This document shows positions 1-12,229 of a stretch of 64,000 nt of DNA, piece after piece. The DNA comes from Heteronotia binoei (taxonomy: Eukaryota), in assembly GCF_032191835.1 (NCBI RefSeq), contig NC_083234.1, positions 53,134,001 to 53,198,000 on the forward strand, given 5' to 3'. Numbering within the stretch: the stretch's first letter is position 1; every line of letters starts with the position of its first letter. Position numbers and translations under genes: made by a program. The notes beneath the pieces are model-generated. The model did not search any database. It was given only the letters and a program-made list of their open reading frames with translations, and was not told the DNA's origin.

Positions 1-183
1 AGTACCCAGCTTGCTGGGGGGAAAGTGTAGATGACTGGGGAAGGCAATGGCAAACCACCCCGTAAAAAAAGTCTGCCGTGAAAACGTTGTGAAAGCAACG
101 TCATCCCAGAGTGTTGGGATCTATGGGTCTTAATGGACCATACACGGAAACGACTGGTGCTTGCACAGGGGACCTTTTCCTTT
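1..183 (+). mobile_element. Sauria-type SINE, 3' part (BovB-like tail), with a 32-bp internal insertion
   Basis: ggaaggcaatggcaaaccacc...gaaacgactggtgcttgcacagggga; matches the copies at 8220, 42617 and 60406. Confidence 0.85.
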
Positions 184-252
184 CCTATTCCTTCATCCAA
201 ATAATTTATAAAGATATTAAACAAAACAGGTCTCAGGACAGATCCTTGAGGC

Positions 253-845
253 TGTCATGGGTGCTGGGGACCCTGCAGAGGAAGTTGAGTCTGACGAGGA
301 AACTGTGCCCCTGCCACCTGCACCAGTGCCCCTGCCTCCTGCTGGAGAAGATCCCAGCCCCCCTGCCTCGCCCTCTCGGGTGGCTCGTGTGCGTGACCGC
401 CTCCGGCAGGACCTCAGGGATCGGAGGAGGGCGGCACGCTCACAAGCAAGACGCTCCCTGAGCCCTGAGTTCTGAGAGGATTCTGGCCCTCCTAAGAGCA
501 AGGATGCTTGAGTTATGACAGGATCCTGGCTGCCTCCCTGAGCCAGCAATTAGCCCAAACGGGCAACAGCCAGCAGAGGGCTATATAACTGTGGGCTTTG
601 GGAGGAGGCTTTGTGGAAGCAACTAGTCATCTCCCTGACATCCTAGCATCCACTCCGGCTTGACTTTGGTTCCTGACTCCCTGACTTTGGCTTTTGACTT
701 CTGGACTCCCTGACCTCGGCTTCTGGACCTCGGACCTGCGATACTTGTACACTGATTTGGATTTGGCGCTTCAGACCCTCCTGCTTACTGGCTACAGACC
801 TCGGACTGCCTCTGGACTTTGCCTGACCCGGCCCCAGCCGTGACA
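253..845 (+). mobile_element. Solo LTR (Gypsy-like), 593 bp
   Basis: TGTCA...TGACA inverted termini, perfect 5-bp TSD GAGGC (248-252 / 846-850), TATATAA at 582-588, short internal repeats at 661-740. Confidence 0.88.
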
Positions 846-861
846 GAGGCACTCCACTTGT

Positions 862-1160
862 CACTCATCTCCAAGAGGATTAGGAACCATTCACAAGCAT
901 TCATTGGGCGCAAACTGTCAACCAGTTACAAATCCACCTAACAGTAATAGAATCTAAACCACATCTTACCATTTTGTCAACAGGAATATTATGTGGAACC
1001 TTATCAAAAACCTTACTGAAATCAAGATAAACTATAATTACAGCATTCCTGTGATCCAGCAAGGTAGGAACTTTCTCAAAAAAAGAGATGAAGTTAGTCT
1101 AACAGGATTTGTTCTTGAGAAACCCATGCTGGCTCTTAGTAATCACAGCTGTTCCTCTTA
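862..1160 (-). mobile_element. CR1 LINE reverse-transcriptase fragment
   Basis: Minus strand reads HGFLKNKSC..NFISFFEK...VYLDFSKVFDKVPHN...RWICNWL-like, the CR1 ORF2 signature, degraded. Confidence 0.8.
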
Positions 1161-1492
1161 AAGAATGAACTCAAAACTTTCCCCCAACACCTAACTTATT
1201 TATTTATTTATTTGTAATTTATATCCCGCCCTTCCCACCAGGTGGCTCAGGGCGGCTTACAACATATAATGCTGGAAAGATTTCTCTCTCTTTGCAACAA
1301 AGACTATCCCACCCCACTCCACCTATATCCTGAGTGCCCAAGGGGTTACAATCCAGGAAGGGACAGTACCAGAAAATACTATAGCTTCACATTTGACTTG
1401 ATTTTACAGCGAAGTATACAGTGGGGGTATGATGCAGCAATTTTCTTTAATGAATCAATAGCTATAAAACACAAACAAACCCATTGGCCTAC

Positions 1493-1643
1493 CTTTGTAA
1501 TGAGAATCCGGTACTTCTCCACCAAATGGTCATTGTTGTGACATCCTGCAAGCAGCTGCCAAACCTCCCCTCTTAGTGCTTCAGGGACTCCACTTCTCAC
1601 CAGTGCAGACAGTGTTTTCGGTCGCACACTCAAATTCAAATGC
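1493..1643 (-). CDS. RABGAP1: RABGAP1 exon 13 (start of TBC Rab-GAP domain); gene continues beyond position 1
   Basis: [50 protein letters not shown] contains the TBC motif [14 protein letters not shown]; acceptor ccctctcag, donor AAG|GTAGGC; 151 nt. The frame is continuous across all 12 exons. Confidence 0.96.
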
Positions 1644-2146
1644 CTGAGAGGGAAGAGAGAAATGCACTTTCCATATGGTAAACAGGACACCAAGTGCAGG
1701 GGACTGGTAACCATTCCCAGCTAAGCTTCTACTTCCTATCTAAAGCAAGGCTCCAAGGCCACACCCGGCATCTTCTGTCTCATTCTAATGTAGCAGGAGG
1801 AAGCTGAGAATTCAGGCACAGTCACAGCAGCAATCAGGATGAGGATGCCTGTAAAGGGAGGGGGGGATGGGATGGCTGGACTTCTGTGAAAGTGTAGAAT
1901 TCATTATATATGTATTTAAATTTTAGACCACCCTTCCCAATAGCTGGGCTCAGGGTGGTTCAAAGCAATCACAATTCAAAACAAAACAAAACCAATTTTA
2001 TAGACAGTAAAACATTTCAGTTCCCTAAAGTGAAATGACATTGAGTCCTGGTGGAGCCACTGTCTTGTGGGGAGAGTGAAAATGGAAGTGTCAGATGTAA
2101 ACCATAGCTGTCCTCAGTCAAATACCTGGCAGAACATCTCTGCCTG

Positions 2147-2618
2147 TACCATACCATACCAAACCTTTAATGGCATAATAGATTCAAATAAAAATACACA
2201 GAATATAAACATTTAAACATTGGAGATAAAATCAAAATGAAACCGAGCTTACAGATGCATTCAAACATGGTCAGAATTAAATTTAAGGATGTCAGCCAAA
2301 ATTTTTTGCCACAGCCTCACTAACCACCCCCTCAGTATCACTCAATAAATAATAACAGGGTGGCAGAATAGACAAATCTGGGGGAAAAGAAAGCTTGCCA
2401 AATAAATCTTTACGGAGGTTACGGTAAAAAGAGCAATCAAGCAACATATGCTGGATTGAGTCAGGAATATTCGCTCCACAGGAGCAAAGTCTGTCGGCTA
2501 AAGGGACTTGCTGATATCTCCCTTGTAAAACTTTGGAGGGAAACATATTTAGTCTAGCCAACATAAATGCCCTGCGATGACTTGGAATGGTTAAGTCTGA
2601 TAGATAATTGGGCATTCT
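2147..2618 (-). mobile_element. 5'-truncated LINE 3' end with CCHC zinc knuckle (RTE-X-like; clade uncertain)
   Basis: ORF 2292-2615 RRAFMLARLNMFPSKVLQGRY...RLCSCG...DSIQHMLLDCSFYRNLR, followed by ATTAAA and a (TGGTA)n tail. Confidence 0.7.
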
Positions 2619-2775
2619 ACAGGCCCTGTAGAATGCAAGTAATTCCCACAGGGTCTGGATTGAAGCTGGCAGAAAGTTTCACAGATTGGGGCCAGGGCAG
2701 AAAAGGCCCTGACCCTAGTTGAGGCCAGCCAGACATCTCTTGGACCAGGGACCACCAGTAGATGTTGGTTACTGG

Positions 2776-2969
2776 CAATGTTTTCTCTAAGCTGAGTTAG
2801 TGTGAGCTAGCTTAGAGTTTTTTAGCCTCCGGCTCACACATTTTGGTCTTCGCTCAGGAAGGATGGCCACAGAGCAAACTAATTTATGCAGAAGCTCACA
2901 ACTTTAACGCCAGTAGCTCACGAAGTACAACTGTTGCTCATAAGACTCCACAGCTTAGAGGGAGTATTG
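2776..2969. mobile_element. Non-autonomous DNA transposon (hAT-like MITE)
   Basis: TIRs caatgttttctctaagctg / cagcttagagggagtattg; degenerate 8-bp TSD gttactgg/gtccctgg; second copy at 19442-19643. Confidence 0.75.
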
Positions 2970-3512
2970 GTCCCTGGAGCACAAGGTTCTCTCGGGGTAT
3001 ACCAGGAGAGGTGGGCCCAAAGGTACAAGGATCCCTGGCCATTCAGGGCCTTAAAGGTTAATACCAACACCTTGAACCTAATCCGGTACTCTACTGGAAG
3101 CCAATGCAGCTCCTGCAGCACAGGAGAGATGTGAGCTGTGCATGGGGCCCTGTAAGGACCTAGTATACCCTGAGAGAACCTGTAAGTACCTAGGCCGTTG
3201 CATTCTGCACCAGCTGTAGTTTCCAGGTCAGGCTCAAGGGTAGGCCCATATACAGTAAGTTACAGCAGTCCAGCCTGGAAGTGAACATTGCATGGATTAC
3301 AGTGGCTCGATCGGGGTGAGTCAGGTAAGGGGCCAACTGCCTGACTTGGCAAAACATCAAGTTAGTAAGATGTCAAGTGGGTAAAACACCATTATCATAT
3401 CATATTGGCCACTAGCTCAGAGAATTGTAAAAAAAGAATCTCTTTTTATCTGCAAGAAAAGGATGCTCACAGTTTGCTTTTCAGAAGAGAAGGAAGGGGA
3501 GGGACTACTTAC

Positions 3513-3606
3513 CATTTGGACAGTAGCTCTCCCCACGTCTCAAGGATTTTTTCTGCACACTCTTTGGAAACGTCTCCCGAGCCACTCAAAAGAGGCTCAT
3601 CATTAT
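3513..3606 (-). CDS. RABGAP1: RABGAP1 exon 12
   Basis: [30 protein letters not shown]; acceptor tttttgcag, donor ATG|GTAAGT; 94 nt. Confidence 0.95.
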
Positions 3607-4323
3607 CTGCAAAAAGACAAGCCAGTCAAGGAGAGGAGAGGAGAGAAAGAGGCTGAAGTAGATAACAACCATCCCTCCTTGGGGAAAACCTTTCTTCGAC
3701 AGTTTCTGTTGGCTCATGTTTCTCTGTGCAAATACTATATCCATGAAGAGAATCAAGCCTCCCCCCCCCTCCCCCCCAAATAAACCACTCACATGATGTG
3801 CCTCATGGAGGAGGGATTGGGAAAACAAGCTCTCTGCTCAAGATGAACTGTGCAAACTGTCTCTTCCTGTGTTTCAGAAATTGGCAAGACCTAAGTTAAA
3901 TCTGCCCTGCTCCCCACTTCTGCCAGCCCAGCTGCTGCCACTGTGGCAACAAGATTTGCCCACAGACTATTCTGAGGAACAGGGGGCTCTGCACAAAAGC
4001 AAGTTACTGATTAGGCTTCTATATACACAGACAGTTTCTCACAAAGAATACACTTGAGTTTCAAAGAAGTTCAAGCATTTTGGGACAGCTATAACCAGAG
4101 GAATAGTAAAATGGGGCTGTATTGCACAGAGAACACAAACACTGAGAAAAGTACACAAAGGGCCTTTGGTTTTCGAGCCTTTGTGTGAAACAGTCACACC
4201 TTGTTAAGCTTCCATGCAGCAGAACTTTCAGCTGTTGTCCTAATCCTGCTAATTTCTCCTAGCAGTCCTGAGAAGCTGTCTGTTCCCTCCCCCCACCACA
4301 AGCTGTGATCAGTCACTACTTAC

Positions 4324-4498
4324 CTTCCTCTTCATCATCCTCTGGAGGAGATGGGATCATGGAACCCTGGGATCCAGATGGTGGCAAACGGAGTGCTGGA
4401 CTGGCTGTGGTTTTCCTCCTCTCTCTTTCAGACTCACTTTCCAAGGACACTACTTCGTAGAGTGTGTCTGTGCTGCTCTTTCTGTCCTTCTGCTTCAT
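4324..4498 (-). CDS. RABGAP1: RABGAP1 exon 11
   Basis: MKQKDRKSSTDTLYEVVSLESESERERRKTTASPALRLPPSGSQGSMIPSPPEDDEEE; acceptor ctttttag, donor AAG|GTAAGT; 175 nt. Confidence 0.96.
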
Positions 4499-7400
4499 CT
4501 AAAAAGAACATAATGATTGTTTGGTTTGAAATGATGTGGAAAAGTTGACAGACTTACAAGCTCCTTTCTCTGCAGTGGTGGGGGGGCTGCTCCTCTCCAC
4601 AGAGAAGTATGATGAAATAAAGGAGCATTGTTCTTCCCATTTTCCAAAGTAGTGGCAGTTCGACTTTCTTGTAACGTTTATGGAAGGGTGTGCTTAAAAG
4701 TAACGCACTGTCTCTTTGGTCAGGAGATTTCTTGTAACTAGAACACAATTACTGTGGCAAACTTCAGGTGCAAAGTATCTCTCTTCCTCTCAAAAGGGCA
4801 TGAGGCATAAGAGTGAAGATAACAACTAGAACTATGTGCTGAAAAAACAGACAACCAGAAATACAGTTTTCACACAAACTAGACCAATATGCACTAATGC
4901 ATTTCCTTAGCATTACCATTAGAGAATCACTTTGTCTAGCATAGGCAAGAGACAAGCCAAGACTTTGTTGCGGGGGGGGGGGAGTGTTACAGTTTTTGTT
5001 TTATCCTCTGATTCAACACCAAAAACTGACATGGACCAGGGCTTGAGATCCACCACACCCAAATGTGTAAAGTTGCAGTTTTTCAAAGGAAACCAACCAT
5101 AGCAACACAAGCAAGCTCTAAGGCTTTTTTGCAATGACCAAAGCTGTTTCCACTCAAGATAGGATCCTGACTAATCTCCCAATCAAGGTGGCAAAAGGTT
5201 TAGCAGGTTAACTCAGTACAAGCTGCCTCTCCCTGTCCCTCCTTAACCTTGATGCACAATCAGCTCATTGGTGCAAAGTGCCTTTCCTTCTCTTCTTCCC
5301 TGCCAGCTGCATGCATCTGCTCCAGGTCCTCGGTTCTCTTTTCCTTTGGCCCCCTCCTTTTCCACTGTTCATACTCATCATTGTTCCCTAGTCCCCTGAC
5401 TCTAATTCTCCTTCCTACAACCAACTTGTCTTTAGGTTCCCTTTCTTCCCACCCCTCCACCTCTTGACTCCTTATCATTCAGCCTTCCCTCATCCCAGCT
5501 CCTCCTGTGCCTCACAGTGGCTCCACTTTTCCAAATTCTACTTGTGGAAAGTTTTCCCATGAGCATTTAGAATAGTCATGAATGCTCTGAGATATTAAAG
5601 CAGGTGAGATGACAGGGAGGAATGAAAAGAGGAAAGAAGCCTATAGAAAGGCAGAAAACAACTTATAAGAGTCTGCAAAGGCTTTTTTCATAGAGCATGA
5701 AACTTTTCTGATCATATCTCCTTAGAAGTTCCTGACTTACCGATATCACAACATTTTTTACACAGCAATACCTTCAAATTAAAAATTACCCTTGGACTTA
5801 ACACAAGTGGGAGAGAGTGCTCCATTTCCACCACACTCCCCCACAACACTGCTAGTAAGCGGAGATAAGCCACCTGGAACCATTTGCAGTTTGGCTTTTT
5901 GTTTGTTTTTTTAAATGGGCTTGTGTGTCTGTAGAAACCTGCTTCCCTTTGGAGATTACAAGGCAAAGCCTCTTCAATGAAGTTTCAAAATGAGAGACGC
6001 TAAGGCACCTGCCAAGCGAACCTGACTCTAGAAGAAGTTGGACCAGGGCCTAAGAACAAATCAAGGGCGAATGAGATAAAAGGGTCACACAATGAAAGCA
6101 AGGCAGGCAAGACAAAGGAGGCAGGCTTAGCTCAGCAAGATAAACTTCCTCAAGTTAACAAGCTTGTGTGTTTCCAGAGGGAAAATATTTATAGCTAACA
6201 GAACCAATTGTTTAGCCTCTCTCTACATTTTGCCTTTCAAATAAGGAGACAATGATCTTGGAGATTTCTCCACTCCTCTAGCATGCCAGGGAATCTCAAG
6301 CTCACAAGAGCAGTCTTCCTTTTGCCTCTGGGACTGCAATCCAGTCAGATGCCCAAGGAGGGTACAAAGAGATGTTGCCCTGTTGCGGCATAGAGCCTAC
6401 CTCTTAAGACTCCAAGTCTCAGATAAACACAGAGGGAAAGAGAGAGAGGCCAAAGCAGCTGCACATAAGCTCACAAGCAATGACAGAACCCTCAGCACTG
6501 CTAGCAGACCCAACATTTCTGCACAGAAAGACTCTTTGCAGGCTTCAGTAAAAACACAAGAATTGCCAAACAGCTTTCAAGAACAGCAGTCTCACATGGT
6601 GGCCCATGAACACAAGCTTTTACAGGGCAAGTGGGGGGGGGGGGAATGGCCCCTTTGATGCAAGCTGACAAGGATAGGAACATAAAAAGTTCCCCTATGC
6701 TAAGTCATATCGCTAGTTTAGCTGAGTATTGCCCACTAAGGCAGGAAGTGCCTCTCAAGAAAGGACTCCCCCAGAACCTCTTATCTGAACAAGCTGTTGA
6801 ACTGGGACCTTCCTCCTGGCAAAGAATAACATGCTCTGTAGCTGGGCATGTTTGCATGTCTGCAATTATCTTGTGGTGTTAAGACTTCCACCTCACAATG
6901 AATATACCAAATTGCCTTCTACTGTGTCGGCCCCCTTAGATCCACCTAGGAAAACTGCCTCCTCTGACTAGCACTGGCTTTCCAGGTTTTCATGCAACAG
7001 ATTTTTCCTCAAAGAACCTTTCAATTGGACTGAACCCACTGCTGACTATCCGACCGTCTCTCCCATTTTCTGTGTAAAATTTGAACTATTTGTGTGGGTC
7101 TCTGAAACTTTTGTAATGAAGAGGGAGGGCCAACTGAATCAAATTAATAAATAGTACAAACCAAACATATTCTACAGTAACTGGGGACGGGGAGGTGAAG
7201 GGCTCTATTGCCCAGAGGAAGTCCAACAGTACATATAAGTGAGCTATGGTTTTTTCACAGTTAGAGGTACTATGAGATCCTAACCCCTAAACAGAGGCAT
7301 AAGAATCCTGAATGGCATGTATCACATTAACCCAGCTTTCGCAGATACACCAGCTGCAGCACTTCCTTGAAAAGTATGATCAAGCCATAGTTACTGATGC

Positions 7401-8219
7401 CTCAGTCACATTCAGGTTGGATGGATGCAATGAGTTCTATGTGGGGCTATCTTTGAAGACTGTACAGGAATTTCAGCTGAACAGTTATGTCACCCCCCAC
7501 CCACCCCAAAATGGTAAGCTATTATAGGGCATGAGCAGGCCACTTTTTCTCTTCCCCACCCTCTTCTCTTTCTGTTTAACATGCAGCTGCTCCCAACATT
7601 CTGCACCTACTGAATTTTCAGTGCTCACCAGAAAAAAAAAATTGGGGGGGAGGGGGGGGCTTTTTTCTTCTGGCTAGTTTACAGTGTCATACTATTCCAC
7701 ATACCTAGAGAATTCCCTAAGCAGACACACAAACATTGTGCAGCTACATCAAAAATCATTGAACTGTGCAGCTACATCAAAAATCCAGGGGACAAGCCCA
7801 TTTAACATTAGATATAGTGATGCTACAAACAAAGTTACTTGCTGGTGTGAGCTAAAGAGAACAAAGCAGTTCTGAGTACAACTCAAGGCACTGATTATTG
7901 CTTAGAGAACATAAAAAGTGGCCTACTGATGAGACCAGTGAGACAGTGTGTTCAGCATCCTTTTTCACAATGTGGCCTACCAGCTACTCTGAAGTTAAGC
8001 CTTCCGTGTAAATTTATGAATTTTATTTTGTTTAATTTTATTTTCTCCTGTGCTTTTTGCTAATTTCAATTTCCAAATGCCTTTAGTGGCATAACTCTTC
8101 GCTAATTGTTATTTGATGACCATGGAGGGAGTGTGCACATAGACATTTTTCTTCCCTTGTCAGAGTAGTTAATTTAGTCCTTCTTTAAGGCATTCCTCCT
8201 TACTTCTATTACTGACTTA

Positions 8220-8518
8220 AAAAGGTAAAGGTAGTCCCCTGTACAAGCATCAGTCGTTTCCAACTCTGGGGTGACGTTGCTTTCACAACGTTTTCACGGC
8301 AGCCTTTTTATGGGGTGGTTTGCCATTGCCTTTCCCAGTCATCTACAGTTCCCCCCAGCAAGCTGGGTACTCATTTTACCGACCTCGGAAGGATGGAAGG
8401 CTGAGTCAACCTTGAGCCGGCTACCTGAAAACCCAGCTTCCACCGGGGATCGAACTCAGGTCGTGAGCAGAGCTTAGGACTGCAGTACTGTAGCTTTAAC
8501 ACTCTGTGCCATGGGACT
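8220..8518 (-). mobile_element. Full-length Sauria-type SINE
   Basis: tRNA-like head, BovB-like tail; 13-bp TSD tattactgactta (8207-19 / 8524-36). Confidence 0.9.
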
Positions 8519-8944
8519 CTTATTATTACTGACTTACTGTTGCGTAAATTGCTTCTGAAAATGTTTTAAACTATTTTTAAAACAATTTTTATAAACTTTT
8601 AGGTTTAGTGGGATGTGTGCACATGGGGGGCAGCAGTTACAGGTCTTTGGCTATATTATTCATCATTTCTTAAAACTTTTATGTTGCAAGCTCAAGAACA
8701 TAATGTTGGGAATTGAAGGGTATAAATGCTTAAAACAAGTTTAAGTACAAGCTTTTAACTTACACATTACATTACATACATGTGTGTGCATTCCCCACCC
8801 CAAACCTCACTAGAGATTCTGGATATCACTGTGGAGTGTACAGTAACTCTGCTAGGAACTCCCAGACAGGAAGGAGCTCTGCCCATTTCATGTTGAAGCA
8901 AAGCTCAAATGTGCCCCTTCCAATTATGAAGAAGAAAAATTGCA

Positions 8945-9187
8945 GATTTATACCCCACCCTTCTCTCTGAATCAGAGAGCGGCTTACAATCTCCTATATC
9001 TTCTCCCCCTATAACAGACACCCTGTGAGGTGGGTTGGGCTCTCACAGCAGCTGCTGTTTCAAGGACAGCCTCTGCCAGAGCTATGGCTAACCCAAGGCC
9101 ATTCCAGCAGGTGCAAGTGGAGGAGTGGGGAATCAAACCTGGTTCTCCAAGATAAGAGTCCACGCACTTAACCACTACACCAAACTG
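8945..9187 (-). mobile_element. Squam3-like tRNA-derived SINE
   Basis: Reverse complement of gagccagtttggtgtagtggttaagtg...; same family as 29220, 31025 and 53653. Confidence 0.85.
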
Positions 9188-9390
9188 GCTTATCCCAAGG
9201 TAGAAGAAATAAAATTGAGGCAGCAAAGGAAGCACTCTTGCAGAGGCACAGCCTCTGAACTGTGTGCCCAACCACTGCCTCTTCTACCTTTCACAGAGGT
9301 CCCAGAAAAATTCAAAGGGCAACATTAGCCATGGAAGAACTGGAGAACCATCCAGGGAGGCCTTTCCTGAAAGCCACAGCTCAGTAGTAC

Positions 9391-9560
9391 CTGTTTCAGC
9401 TTTAGGAAGAAGTTCTCGGTGGAGCTCCGTTTGCTGAAAGGCCAGAAGAGCCTCTCATTGGGAGGGCACACACGGACTTTGGTCTCCAGCAGGAACCGGA
9501 CAGGCTCCTGCACCTCGGTGATCACCAAATCTACAGCTGTGGTCATGAACAGCACTTTGT
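9391..9560 (-). CDS. RABGAP1: RABGAP1 exon 10
   Basis: [56 protein letters not shown]; the acceptor pyrimidine tract is a (TC)n microsatellite; donor CAG|GTACTA; 170 nt. Confidence 0.96.
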
Positions 9561-10634
9561 CTAGAGAGAGAGAGAGAGAGAGAAACACACAAGATAAAAA
9601 AAGAAGTTCCCTCTAGTTTGCTCAGTCAGTTTGCTGAACAGAAAAGCCTACCTTATGCCTAGGGCTGAAGGTGCTTGTATCAGCACACTCAATAGTATTT
9701 GAGTTGAACATTTTACATGTACTTCTTGCCAACAGCATAGCAGATATTGCATTTCATGTAAGAGAACTAGAAGGGGTTAGATTAGAATTCAGTTCTCTAC
9801 TTTGCAGTAAAGCTTACTGGATGACCCTGAAACACAAACCTACCTCATAGGGCTCCTATGGGAATAAAAAGGAAGAGGAATGGGTGGCACATCACCATGA
9901 ACTCCTTGAAGAGAGCAGGATAAAAATTGCTGTGAACATATGCTACTTTGTGGTGAATCAGATTATTGATCCATCTAGGTCAGCACTGTCTACTCTGACT
10001 AGCAGCAGCTCTCCAGAACCTCAAGAAGAGAAAGATCTTTCTCAATACCTGCTGAGCAATTTTTTTTTAAAAGCATGCAAGTGTATACTCTTCCACTGAG
10101 TCACAGTTACTTCCCTATCTCTAATAACATAGATGGTCACTGTTCCTGTCAATCACAAAAGCAGGGCATCCGCAAGTATGGGAGAGGTTTCTACACACTT
10201 GGAGATCTTTCTCCATGTATGCAGAAAAAAGAAACAATATGGCCCTACAATTTAGCTAAAGAGTGGAGAGTGTATCTTTACAGCTTTCTGATGGCTGAAC
10301 ATGTCCTCATGAGGCACTAGAAGGCCTGACATCCCATTAAAGGGGGAGAGCAGAGATTGGTGAGTTATTCGGCTAAAGTTTCCGAAATACTATCGAATCT
10401 TGGAGGAGAAACTTGGTGGTGGTGGGAATTTATAAGATGTTCAACTTTACACCAACCTCCCAATTTCTTGTGAGTCAGCAGCTTAAAATAATTAATACCT
10501 CCATCCAGCAACAGCCTCTTTTTGGAAAGCACCAATTTTGCTTTCAAATATTCCAAAACATACCACCCACAGACAGAAATGCCCTGTGCATTTCAGATAA
10601 TCTGTCCCCAACCAACAAACTCTTCATCACAAAC

Positions 10635-10737
10635 CTTTTGGAGTTTCTTCATTAACCATCTGGAAATGTGGAGATTTTGGGTTCCAGCTCCCAGTGATGA
10701 CATAAGACTTCCCATCAGAGCTTTTGCCCATAGATTC
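10635..10737 (-). CDS. RABGAP1: RABGAP1 exon 9
   Basis: [34 protein letters not shown]; acceptor gcatctag, donor AAG|GTTTGT; 103 nt. Confidence 0.95.
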
Positions 10738-10912
10738 CTAGATGCAAATAGGGCACATCAAAATAAAACCTGTACTTTTAAAAGGAGGCTATACCTGTTG
10801 GCATATCAGACTATGGGGACATCCCAATCTGGCTGTGAAGCTGCCTGGGTAACTTTGGGCCAGTCATACGCTCTCACAGGGCCGCTGTGAGAATAAAATA
10901 AGAGGGGAAGCC

Positions 10913-11062
10913 CATGGGTTGGATCCAAACTAAATTGGGGATTTCTACTGATTCATCCTTCCTGCTGCAGACCTCTTCATGACATTGTTCAGGGTTCCCT
11001 ATCACCTAGGAGCAGTATTTTGTGGAGATTACTGTAAACATTAGTTTGGCTTCAAACCCATG
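10913..11062. mobile_element. Small MITE inserted in an older CORE-type SINE
   Basis: Imperfect TIRs catgggttggatccaaactaa / ttagtttggcttcaaacccatg. Confidence 0.55.
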
Positions 11063-11104
11063 TGTGCCACCCTGAGCTCCTTGGAAGAAGAGCAAGATAG
11101 TTTT

Positions 11105-11310
11105 CAAAATTTTATGCACTTCATTTCTCCCCAATAAGTACCCAGAGTGGCTTACAATGCCCTCCCCTTCTCTGCTTTATCCTCACAACAACCCTGAGAG
11201 GTATGTGAGGCTGAGAGTGTGGGACTGGGCTAGGGTCAACCACGGCAGAGTGAAGATTTGAACGTGGGTCTCCCAGATCCTAATCTGATGCGATAAGCTT
11301 TACTCCAGGA
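11105..11310 (-). mobile_element. Older MIR/Squam3-like SINE
   Basis: cctcacaacaaccctgagagg...gaacgtgggtctcccagatcct core; similar copy at 24468-24690. Confidence 0.65.
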
Positions 11311-12162
11311 TGGTTTGCAAACATTATTAGAGAATGCATTTTAATGTGTCAGGAAAAGCACATATGTATTTTACAAGGAGACAAACATAACAAACCCATG
11401 GGGGAAAGGAAATTCTATACCTGCACCACTCCACTTCTGTCTTCTTCCCTTCTGAACCTTCCTGCTGCCCAGCAGCAACAGAAGGCTTGGAGCAGAAATG
11501 TTTTGGACACTTCCAGCTCCAAGTCTCTTGTTGGTGCGCTAGCCTATTGATCAGATGGGGTGGGGCTGGGACATGCTTTTCCCCTAACCTCTTCTCATCA
11601 CAAGGTTGGCAGAAGCTCCAAACAGAAAGTGTGTCCTCCAAGCCACTCTGCTGTCCAGCTCATTGGGGATTGTCCAAAAATACTGTCCAGCTCATTGGGG
11701 ATTGTTGGCTTTAAAGATTGTTGCTTCCTCTCTCCCTTTTCCACTGCCTCCTTGTCCTTTCCCTATCATGCTGCCATTACCTATGCTTATCCCATTTGTA
11801 ACTGCCTCCCCACCACCACCCTGCCATTGCTGCATCCTTGTCCTCCACCTACCATTGCTTTCTCACCTCAGCAGATTTTTTTAAAAATCCTCATTGTAAT
11901 GCTGATCATGATTTCACAAGATTTCAGTCAGCACTAATGGGAGGTCTTAACAAACACAGATGTCATATCTCTACTTCTGGGTGCTTTAAAAAAATTAAAG
12001 TTTCAGAAATTTCTACAAACCAGGGTGACAGAAAAATCTCCCTTATCTCTTCATGGACCCTCTGTGCAGATGTTTTGGTCTTCACTCTGGGGCCACTATC
12101 AGTATTAGATATAAGGATTAGGCTTCACCCTTAATGATCCCGTTAACAAAAGTACTCCTTAC

Positions 12163-12229
12163 CAGGTCCAATAAGTGCATGTCGCCACTTTGCACATCCT
12201 TCCCAGGACTAAGGAGGAGGCCAAAACAT
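12163..12229 (-). CDS. RABGAP1: RABGAP1 exon 8
   Basis: CFGLLLSPGKDVQSGDMHLLDL; acceptor gttttacag, donor CTG|GTAAGG; 67 nt. Confidence 0.94.

Larger units (their letters stand above)
1905..3360 (-). mobile_element. L2-type LINE 3' fragment, interrupted by two younger insertions
   Basis: ORF 2918-3121 LQELHWLPVEYRIRFKVLVLTFKALNG is the L2 ORF2 C-terminal signature; tail near 1905-1985. Boundaries approximate. Confidence 0.75.

Noticed and set aside
1-1492. GPR21, the GPCR gene recalled as nested in a RABGAP1 intron after this exon
   Set aside because: No 7-TM ORF in the 1.5 kb of that intron visible here; it would lie beyond the left edge.
11651-11705. Short direct repeats with spacers (also 7737-7786, 44810-44860) as CRISPR-like arrays
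   Set aside because: Only 2-3 units, vertebrate context and no cas genes; ordinary slippage duplications.
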